Shown here: one piece after another, positions 26,330 to 36,800 of the stretch
Layout: each line of letters begins with the position of its first letter
How positions within the stretch are numbered: position 1 is the stretch's first letter
From: Tubulanus polymorphus
Lineage: Eukaryota; Animalia; Nemertea
Assembly (NCBI RefSeq): GCF_964204645.1
Contig: NC_134031.1
Span: 12,340,088-12,404,087, forward strand
Length of the DNA stretch: 64,000 nt
Reading direction: 5' to 3'
Notes under the pieces: model-generated
Seen by the model: only the letters and a program-made list of their open reading frames with translations
Told to the model about the DNA's origin: nothing
The model's database searches: none
Position numbers and translations under genes: made by a program

Positions 26330-26419
26330 ATAGAAATATATTTCCCAATAATTCTAAATAATTCAAATTTATTCTCAAGATGCTTATCACCTGACAATTT
26401 GAGATGTTCCTGTTGCGAG

Positions 26420-28780
26420 TAATCGTAACCGACATAAGCAGGGAAGCAACTGAGAGGATCTTGTATCCCGAGAGTCGGCCTCAGTTGCTGCGAATCGGAG
26501 TGCAGTCTAAAAATAAGCTGGGCTGCGATCGCGGTTGTTCTCAGTTGCGTCAGTAGGAGTCGGTAGGCGTCGCATTGCTTGCCGACATGAGCTAGCCTTA
26601 AGGGAGAGAACTGTGGCACACGCCGAGACAGATGCCCAGAAGGCTGAGAAAACGACCGAAACCATGCTTGAGCTGGCCACCGAGGTGTTATCAGAACTAG
26701 CAAGACGACGCTGGCCCTTGCTGGCCGAGGACTGCTGTCAGTTCTTTGGCTGGGATTACAAATACAATAGGATTCGATCCCAGAGGAATGAAAAGCGCCT
26801 ATCTTCCATGCCATCTGGCCGGAATGGGGACACAGACACCGGGAAATCATTGTTAAGCCTGGCTGCGAACAGATCTAATAATTGGTCGCCCCCGGGGAAC
26901 CCACTCAGACTGACATGTCCGGGTGAAGAGACAATTCCTTAGAGATGGTTGATGCTTGACGGGTGACCATGACATCCTACATGCCTGCAGGGTTAACTGC
27001 AGAAAGATGAATTCCTTGGCACCAGGCGAGAATATCTGCTGTGAGCTCTGAGAGAATAACCGACACAGTGCCTCCTTGACTCTGAGGATAGGACCACTGT
27101 CTGGAGGTCGGGGGCTAACCACACGTGTCTGTCTATCAGCCTCCCGTAAGGAACCCCAGGGCGTTCGGAAGGCTAACAGTTCTAAATGATTTAGAAGCCC
27201 ATCCTGGCATGACCATCACCCTTGAGGTTGCGTAAGAACGTCCACCCACCTTGATCCAGGACCGATCCAGAGAAGGGAGCAGATATAAAACATCTCAATT
27301 CCATGTTGATCAATGACAGCCGGCCTTTGGAAATCTCTAAAATGGCCTGCTGTGAAGGTGCATCAGTGGGATTATCAAGGACGGCGACTCTAGGCCAGTA
27401 CTCCGCCCAACGAGTGGTGCCCGACAGCCTGGTAGCACTTCTCGGAACTTAAATACTCTAGCTCGGGCGGGGTACCCCTGAACCTGGAAAATTCGAACAC
27501 CATGCCCAGATCATGGCAATCGATGCCACCCAAAAGGCCAAGAGTGGAGAGTCTGCACAACCTCCTAGCAAATCCTGTTGCGGGAGAGGTGTGCCTCATG
27601 ATGCTGTTGGTCCCATGCCAGGAGGTCGTCTCACAACGGAAGACTACTAGCGAACTGGAGAGGAAAGCCTTAACTCTCATGGCCACTTCTGTGGGCTTCA
27701 AGTTTGCACCATACGAAAGGGCTTGGGTGAGAGGATTTGCCTCTACCATTACAGCGCAGTCTTACGAAGTCTGCGCAAACTAGCTTTCTAGAATAGTGAA
27801 CCCTTTAATGTTCTGATATTCTGCTACCATTGGGGCGCACCGACCAGAAAAGAAGATAAAGTGAACCAGCAGGACCCTGAACAATGAATTCTGAATCACC
27901 TCCGGGAGTTTAGAGCCAAATTCATCAATCCAGACGGTCTTGCCGCCAATATCATATTAGCGTGAGCCTTGCCGAAGAGAAGAATAACATGAGGCTGACC
28001 TCTCCAGGGACTGGATTGCGACCCTTGTCCGCTGGAACATTGGAAATGTCGGACGAGTCAGACATTTCCTATGTAGGAGAGACTGAACCTCAGTTCTGCA
28101 ATGAGTGATAACAAAGTCATATCCTGGACATTATCAATCCTAGTAATGTTTCGGGAAAGAGTTACGGTTAACAGTCTTGCCCCCCAAGAAGCCCAGAACC
28201 AGGAGGCGTTCCCAGCCCCACCAGAGTTAGTCAATACGAGACCACTGGATGCCACAGGAGAAGACTCGCGAAGGGAGTGAGAGAGCTCTGCGTAGAACGC
28301 AAATGAAGCCATGTACTCCGTCCGATCCGTGAACTGAGTGTGGTGGCACTGTGCTTCTGGAAAAACCTCTGATATGAAGGAACAATTAGCCTATTCACTG
28401 GCGCAAACTGTCAAGTAAAGTGGTGACTGAACCGGAATGAATTGGCAGTCGGTCAACCACTACCAGTGTAAGGATAGTCATTACCCCTGGTGGTGGAATC
28501 CGAGGCAATGACTCCCTGGAACCGAATGAATGATGGGCCCCAACTCCAAGGAAAATTGTCTAGATCTTGGAGTCATGAACCGTGATGGCTGGTCTGGCAG
28601 AGCAACTCGAAACGACCGCACCGAAACCCCGAGGCCCAATGTGTCGGGGCTGATCACTGGGTTGCGGTGAAAAAATGGACGGGTCACTCATCTTCTGACT
28701 GAACCTGTGCTGGTCAGACTGAGACCTGGGTGGCACTTGTTCGACGCTCTTCACGACAGCTGACTCCAGCTATACCACAC
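26420..28780 (-). mobile_element. DIRS retrotransposon 5' part: decayed RNase H and methyltransferase-like domains, presumed gag/RT upstream
   Basis: QGGTVSVILSELTADILAWCQGIHLSA (DIRS RNase H); LDLFAARLN and LVLITPRWPAQAWF (DIRS MT-like domain). Collinear with the recombinase at 17-18 kb. Confidence 0.72.
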
Positions 28781-29344
28781 ACTCATTGGCAAAGTCAATC
28801 TCATATCTATGTAATGACTTGTTGACAGCATTTCCATTTGGGAGCCTAAAAGTCCAGTTCAAAGTATCATTATGCAATCTGGTGAGTGTCGGTACCCTAT
28901 TGCACAACGAAAGTTTACAGTGAAAAGGACAAGTTTGGATAAACAGCATTTTTGTGAACATATCATTTTCGGGAAGGTCTCCAAATCCATTATTAAGACT
29001 TCAGTGACATACGAAAAAGTTTTCATAATGGCTTCGGAGACCGTAATTTATACAAATGAATTGAAAAAAATGAAATGTGATTGAAAAAGTTTTGGACACA
29101 CATACCACAGATGGAGGGTATGACACTATGTACATCCGTCCAGGATGTACATAAAATTTATGAAGCAAAGGTTTAAGCCTTTTCTACCCCATACAGTTCA
29201 TCTTGGATCTGCCACTGCCAATAAATATGGGAATACCATGTTATTCGACTATTCATTCTATTCAACTTAACATTCGCTAAAAGCGATGATGTTGCTTCTT
29301 TAGAAAAACCACATACCACAAATGTTTATATAGTTATTACTTAC

Positions 29345-29428
29345 CAGAATAATATGGGATATTGAAAATAAAAACAAGAGACCTTTTGCATACTTGAAAT
29401 CCATGTCTTTTAAACCATTCTCATACTC
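29345..29428 (-). CDS. SMG8: SMG8 internal exon: EYENGLKDMDFKYAKGLLFLFSISHIIL
   Basis: tttttcag| ... |gtaagt; 84 nt, phase 0-0. Matches the SMG8 motif LLYLFSVCHILL. Confidence 0.88.
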
Positions 29429-30280
29429 CTGAAAAAGTTATCAATATAGGTAAGAGTAGGAGAGGCAGAGAGTACATGTATTCAGCCCATAAAACTACAC
29501 ATTGGTAATGTGGTATTCTAGTAAATAACAACCAAAATCACATGAATCACCTTGCTACAAGTCGTAAAAGCGTGAAGGTCACACTAATCCTAACAATATT
29601 CAGTTCAAACAACCATTAATAAAGGACCAAAGGTCCAGTGGCTCACCAAACTGGTGTGAAGTAAAAAATCTGTCACGTAGGCTACCAGTATGCAAAAATT
29701 CATTTCATTGAAAATTAAACAAGAAAGAAATATATTAAAAAGGACTCAATATTGGTCAGTGTGAACCTTTAATGATAATTGACTTTTAATGAGAGTGAAA
29801 TCTTCAAAAAAATTGTTTATGGGAATTTTTGTCTCAACGAAAGGTTCATGATTTTAATACATCCCTAGAATGACATGAATCAGGTAAAACTATGAGTGAT
29901 CCGTTAAAATATGGTACAAACTTGGTGAGGGCCTGGGATTCATCAGAGGTTTTTCATTATCATACAGACTAATCAGGACAGAAGTACCCAAGTTCTTCAA
30001 ATTTGAGGCCAGTGCCAGTTCCTGACCAAATAAAGTTCATCAACTGACATGGTCTTTAATAATTTCACGATAAGATTGCTTTAAGTGGGCATGAAAGCTT
30101 ACATCTTCATTTAGACAAATCATTTTTAAGCGCAATATACACTGTGGCGCGCATTATCTATAACTGAAACATACACGTAGTAAACACAAGAGTGTAAGGT
30201 GATACCTCCTATGTGACTGGTACAGGACTGTTTTCAACCCAAGCACTCATCACTGTGCTGCAATTAACAAACTAATACTA

Positions 30281-31506
30281 AACTAGGGGTCCAGGGACAC
30301 CATGCCCACTTGGGAAGTGGTTTCAAATGCTCAACAATCTAACAATTTCAATATTCAACGCCCTCTGGTGACCATATACAAAAACCAATGACCTTGAAAC
30401 TCAATACAAATACTCATAAAACATGTCAGCAGCTACGATTTTGTAATTGATTGTGATAACAAAAAATGCCTCGTTACTAATTTAATATGGAAATACTAAG
30501 TTAATCTACTATTCAACGCCCCCTGGTGACCATATTCAAAACCCAATAACCTTGTAACTCACCATATTCATAGAACATGTCATGAACTACAACTTTGCAA
30601 TTGATCATGGTAACAAAATATGCCTAGGTACCAATATAATAAGGAAATACCAGGTTATTCTACTATTCAACGCCCCCTGGTGACCATATAGAATAACTAA
30701 TTTCCTTAAAACTCACCACAATCATAGATGACGTCATGAGCTACAACTTTGCAATTGATTGCGGTAACAAAATATGTATTGGTAGAAATATAATATAGAA
30801 ATACTAAGATATTGTATTATTCAACGCCCCCTGGTGGCCATATACAAAAAACAATGAACTTGAAACTCGCCCCAATCATAGAACACGTTATACGCCACAA
30901 CTTTCTAATTCATTGTTGTAACAAAATATGCTTAGGTAACAATAGAATGTCGAAAAACTTTTTCCCACCTACGAATGAGTACTAATGACACCAAGATGGC
31001 CGCCAATTGCGTCATAATTGGTGGATCAACAATACCTATCTCAGGTATAAAACATCCCTTTACAAAGAATACCCATCACAAATTGCAATGAGAAATGGCA
31101 AACCAGTAGGAAGCTACAGGACCTAGAATTCTGGCCAAAATTGACATTTTTGGGCACTAAAAAGGTCATAGGACGGCCATCTTGAGTCAGATGGACCCAA
31201 TTTCTATTATGCTGATGGGCCCTTGGTAGATTCAAATATATTCGAAAGATCAAGGTAATTGATCATATCGTCTTCAAAATTTTGGCGAACAACAATGGCT
31301 GCCAGTCGGCCATCTTGATTCTGATAGGGCCAGTTTTTGGGCTGAAGATGTGTCTAGGGTAGATACATGTATAAACCAAATATCAAGACATTACCTTGAA
31401 GCGTCTTCAAAACTTCCCAAAATAACTGGATTCCGTCTACAAACGGACGGACGGACGGACGAAAAGTGAACGCAATAGGCCGCTGGGACTAAAGTCCCAA
31501 GTGGGC
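30281..31506. mobile_element. HINE family A, copy 2, with four tandem units of about 154 bp
   Basis: Same start (taggggtccagggacacc..cccacttgggaag) and terminal hairpin as copy 1. Units begin attcaacgccc at about 30352, 30511, 30664, 30819. (GACG)n near the end. Confidence 0.75.
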
Positions 31507-31532
31507 TAAAAACCAGGCTCCAAATGGATCGC

Positions 31533-31595
31533 TAAATTTTGAGTTTCATTAGCTAGGAGACTGCTATCATATGAAGACTTCATGTGCACATACAA
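31533..31595 (-). repeat. Exact 63-bp duplicate of part of the SMG8 exon (31812-31874)
   Basis: Identical sequence on either side of the (GGGA)n tract. Confidence 0.95.
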
Positions 31596-31601
31596 GGGAT
31601 A

Positions 31602-31776
31602 GAGGGAGGGAGGGAGGGAGGGAGGGAGGGAGGGAGGGAGGGAGGGAGGGAGGGAGGGAGGGAGGGAGGGAGGGAGGGAGGGAGGGAGGGAGGGAGGGAG
31701 GGAGGGAGGGAGGGAGGGAGGGAGGGAGGGAGGGAGGGAGGGAGGGAGGGAGGGAGGGAGGGAGGGAGGGAGGGAG
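31602..31776. repeat. (GGGA)n microsatellite, about 43 units, G-quadruplex-prone
   Basis: Direct read. Confidence 0.97.
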
Positions 31777-31808
31777 AGTCCACGGCCCCATGGGATAAAG
31801 TTTCTTAC

Positions 31809-31913
31809 CTGTAAATTTTGAGTTTCATTAGCTAGGAGACTGCTATCATATGAAGACTTCATGTGCACATACAATACCTTAAGGTGTTTGTCATAATAAT
31901 ATTCAAAATATAC
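31809..31913 (-). CDS. SMG8: SMG8 internal exon (most 5' one seen): VYFEYYYDKHLKVLYVHMKSSYDSSLLANETQNLQ
   Basis: tttgcag| acceptor and |gtaaga donor; 105 nt, phase 0-0. Resembles the SMG8 segment I recall as AYYSQESKVLYLLLTSICD. Splices in frame to the next exon. Confidence 0.85.
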
Positions 31914-32649
31914 CTGCAAACAGAAACAAAAAACGGTTTAAGCTCAGTTAGAACCCACAGGGCTTGTTCATTGGCTTGTAGGGTGAAGTTTACAACGTCT
32001 CAGCTGCCCCTGGGTGAACTTTCTTAGTTTTAACACTTGTAGAAGCCATGTAATATAGTGAAAATAAAGATAAACCAGTACTGCGGTACAAACCCGAGAA
32101 TCTGTTGTTCAGTCCACATTAGAAATGGCACTCCCCAGAAATAATCTTTATAATTCTAGGTGCTCAGATACATTTTTCCAGCATTTTGGGGCCATAATCA
32201 ATTAGTTTAAATTCGGTAATTGTTATGTAGCAGCGATCATTGCTAGTTTGCTTGAGGCACTTTTCTGCCACTTTATTGGCAAGCTCATATGTGCATTAAA
32301 ACCTCAAATTCCCTCTTATTCCTACTTTTTGAGATTTACCTTCCAAATGATACTTTAGCATGTAAATGGGGTCCTTGGATCAGCCTTATAGAAAAACAAG
32401 AGCCCCAAGGGGCACTATGGCCAGCCTGTAAGCTTTTCATAAAATGGCAAATGATGCAAAATATGAATTCTGTAGGTTATATTTATCAAAATACACTCCC
32501 AGCTCGAAAGTCAATACCTTTAATTTACACAATACATTTGTGTTTTCATAAGTAGCACAGGCAGCGCCTGTACCTGGCAGGAACAAATAGCCCAGATAAA
32601 TATTTTCCCTTGGTCTTATTGATAAGAATGCGGAATATAATGGAATTTT

Positions 32650-33010
32650 CTAAATGAAAGGCTGAATCCAAGAACATGTCTATCGCGCTTTTGAGCCCAA
32701 ACTTCTACTTTTACCTAGAAGCCACTTGAGAACAATAAGCAATTAACGATATCGGCTACTTTTCCAGTAGTATACATTTCAAAACAGTCACTCTGAAATA
32801 GTATTCCTTTCAATTCGGTTGGTTTTCTTTAGTGGCTGTTTCGAAGAGAAAAGTGACCATTTTGAAACGTCTGGTTTCGATAGTACACACTAGCAGTAGA
32901 GGTGACTGTAAAACCACCCGCCTTTTTGAGACCATTTTGAGATCGCTTGCCAGATTCCCTGTTATAAATAACCTGTAGCAACATATGCTTCAGATTTGCA
33001 GTGATACGTA
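32650..33010. repeat. Inverted-repeat arm pairing with about 41370-41820; partial third copy at 11505-11620
   Basis: About 300 bp of high-identity reverse-complement match. Confidence 0.85.
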
Positions 33011-33700
33011 ACAATATAAACATACGGAAAACTCTACTCACGCTATAGTTTGGGTATAGTTCTATTTAGAGTGACTCAGTTAAGATCTGAAGATATTGTA
33101 GATACTCTTTGAATGTGAAATGAAATGAGCGATTCCCAACTCTAACCAATAAAAGTTGAGATTGTAGTTAAATTTGTTTACAAATTGTCAATAGTTTTGT
33201 AGTTTTAAGATAAATCAAAATTTCCTTCTTTTCATTGCGATATAATTGAACAAAGAATTCAATTTGAACAAATGCAGCTATTTTCAAGCATAGGTCTGCA
33301 TTTATTTTGATTTGAATTCTTAGATTAAAAGCGCAATCATAAATTTAGGCTAACCTCTCATTATTTAAATGGTGGTTTATTTTCACCCGGGGCCTGGATG
33401 TCTTTGCATCTTAAATTAAGATGTGCATTTCGGAGTGTTCGAATTTCCCTGAATTCTAATTTCGCGAAATCATTGATTTTTTAAAAACAAAATATGCTAT
33501 ATCCATGTGGATTTTTAACATTCTAAAGAAATCATCTAAATTGTGCCCATATTTGATCGAACTTAATTGAAGAAACTTTGTATGGTATTCAAGATTTCAT
33601 TTGGATTACGGTAACGGCCTTTGGTGATCGTCCCTGGGGTCATGAATGAAGAAATCCCGTAATAGAATTTTAAATGAGATAAAATTTGTTAAAGGTGAAA

Positions 33701-33742
33701 CCGCAACGTTTCGACTGTTGACTAACAGCCATCATCAGGTGG
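33701..33742 (-). ncRNA. Type I hammerhead in an inverted Penelope pLTR remnant (about 33640-33850 plus 40035-40062)
   Basis: ccac-CUGAUGA-u-ggcuguu-aguc-aacaguc-GAAACGUU-gcgg. A decayed opposite-strand copy at 33789-33822 continues beyond the BEL insertion. Confidence 0.8.
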
Positions 33743-33850
33743 AATGGAGACATTCCTAGTGTCTTTTAGTCCTAAGGGCTTTTAGTCAGATGGCTGTCAG
33801 TCAACAGCTGAAACTTTGTGGTTCAACTATAATAAATTTCATGATACAAA

Positions 33851-36800
33851 TGTCGGGAATTGTATATAGGCTTATATTACAGTACTATACTATTATATTA
33901 CAGGTACCAAATCAACCAAAACTGTTCAAACTCAAAACCATTCAAATGTCAAAATAATCCTCTCTTTCATAATTGTTGTATATAAGCTCCGAATAAATGT
34001 TCCCAGTCAGTCAGTATACAGTAACCAGGTCTTGTTACGTTGTCTCTTACCAATAACCAGAGGATCACAGTACCATTACAGTCATTCACCAACATTGTGG
34101 TCCCTCTCGAGCAATTAGTGGAAACAGGGATTCAGCGATCAAGATGGGCGAAGAAGTCACCAACTCGTCCGAATACCAGGCTCTCTTCCGGAAAAGATCT
34201 GCTCAAAGAGGACAGGTTACTAAGATCTGCAAAGACGCAGACACAATCGTCAATACCCAGACAGCTCAACTTCCAGATCTGCAAAAACTTCAGCGCTTAA
34301 TCAAGAGGCTTGAAGATAAGATACATGAGCTGTCAATCATCAACGATTCCATGTTGGAAATGGTCACGTGCGACACCCTGTACGCGACAATTGCAGATGA
34401 AACGGAATCGGTAATCGGAGACGCGATAGATCGTAAGTTGTTTTACGAACAATACATTTCCTCATATAATTCCGTAGAGCCTCCACCGATGAGCAATGCC
34501 TCTAAACTTGCGTCACCCAGAACCAACTTGCCAAAATTAGTATTGGTAGAGTTTAATGGGGAGATTATGAATTGGTTACCGTTTTGGGATTCGTTCGCTG
34601 CAGCAGTCCATTCAGTTTCAAATATCGCACCGGTCCAGAAATTCCAATATCTGAAATCTCTTCTGTCCGGATCAGCGTTGAGTTCAATACAAGGACTCAC
34701 TCTCACTGAGTCAAATTATCATCACGCCATCGATATTTTAACGCAACGCTATGGCCAAGAGCACCTTATCATTGATGCTCACATGCAAGCTCTGATGTCG
34801 GAACCCGCACCGTCATATAACCTGACGTCATTACGAAATTTTCGAGATAGAATTGAGTGTCATATTAGGTCTCTTGAAACATTAGGTGATATGTCCTACA
34901 GCGATATGCTTGTTTCATTAATCTGGAATAAACTTCCGTCTAACGTTAGATGTAGTATTGTGCGCTATAACAGTAATCAAAGGTATACTCTATCGGAACT
35001 GAGACTGTTTTTATTGAAAGAAGTCGACGTGTTAGAAGCTGGATTCGATGGGGTTAAATCCCTTAGTTTAGTAGTTGCCCAAAAGGGGGCGAATGGTCAA
35101 AATTCTAGTTTAAATCGTGTTGTACCTTCCACATCACCCGGGTTTGGACCTAAATCATTCACGTGTACTTTTTGTCGTTCAAACGATCATTACACGGGGA
35201 ATTGCAGGGAGTTTGTAACGCGTGACCAACGCATTGCCTTTATACAAACCAACAATTTGTGCTATAACTGTCTAGGCCTTCATAGAATTGCTACATGTAC
35301 ATCTCGATTTAATTGCAAAACTTGCAAGCGTAAGCACCACAGTAGCATATGTCCTGATATTTTGAACAGCAACATGCAAGGTCAAACTTTTAAGTCGAAT
35401 GAACAACAGGCCTCAGGTATACAGCCAGTAAACAATACCGTGCCACGTCCTGCTCCACGCTCTATACCTCGGACTGTTTCACGTCCCGCACCGCGTCGTA
35501 ATCGCACAACTCAAATGTTTACTAGTTCTGATAATGCAATACTTCTGAAAACCGCGGTCGTCAGCGTTTTTGTCCCTAGCGTCGAGAATTCATGCGCATC
35601 AGCGAACCTAGTATTTGATGACGGCTCGCAACGGTCGTTTATTTCGCAAGATTTAGCCACTTCCTTGGATTTAAAGCCTATTAGACGCGAAATAATAGAA
35701 CTATCAGGATTCGGCGCGGAAACTTCTGAATGTCGAGTAATGGTCGTGAATTTAGCCATTCAGTGTCGGACTGAAATTGTTACAGTTGAGCTAATCGTAA
35801 CAGATACGATTGCTTCACCGCTTAGCACTTCATCGGTAAATAGAGCAAAGGATTGTCCTCATCTTATTGGCCTAGACTTAGCTCACCCTCCGACTTCCAT
35901 GTCTGGCATATTCGTCATACAAATGCTGATAGGGGCCGACCAGTATTATAAATTAGTTGAGGGTGAATTAATCAAGGGTCCATTTGAGTCTGATCCCATT
36001 GCTGTCAAAACCAAAGTAGGGTATGTTTTATCTGGACCTGTCCATAATGATTCTCGTACTTCTACTGTTTTGTCTATGCTTACAATTGTACGTAGTCATT
36101 CTTCTGATAATGCAAAGTTGCAGAAGTTTTGGGAAATTCAGATTCTTACGGACACCAATGATTCCGATACATTAGATTTCATGCATCGATATAACAGTAC
36201 AATTACGAGAAATCAAACCGGTCGTTATATTGCTCCGCTACCATGGAAGGACGATTTTGACACTCTACCTTCAAACTTCAATGTTTCTAATGCACGAACG
36301 CGATCAACGGCGCGTCGACTAGCTAAAGATCCTCCTATGTTGAAACTTTATTCTGATCTAATAAATGATCAGAAAGCGCGCGATTTTATTGAAGAAATTC
36401 CGCCCGATGAAATTGACGCGAATAATGTGCATTATATCCCGCACCACCCTGTTTTCCGCAAATCTGCAACAACGCCAGTACGCATTGTTTTTGATTGCAG
36501 TTGTAGTGAAGGTAGATATTCTCGTAGCTTAAATGATTGTTTGGAGGCCGGTCCTCCACTGCAACACGATATTACATCCATTCTTATCCGTTTTCGGCTT
36601 CACGGGTACGCTGCCATCTCCGATTTAGAAAAGGCTTTTCTACAAATATTGCTTACAGACAGCGACAGAGATTACACTCGTTTTCTCTGGTTGAGTGACC
36701 CAGCTGATCCTGAGAGTAGGTTCATTCATTATAGGTTCAAAGTTGTTTTATTTGGGGCAACTTCATCTCCCTTTATCTTAAATTCTACAGTCATCAAACA

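Noticed and set aside
30350-30990. Regularly spaced repeats suggesting a CRISPR array
   Set aside because: Whole units are homologous with no unique spacers, no cas genes, and the context is eukaryotic.
31567-31814. ORFs of (PPSL)n and (GGRE)n repeats
   Set aside because: They are translations of the (GGGA)n microsatellite.
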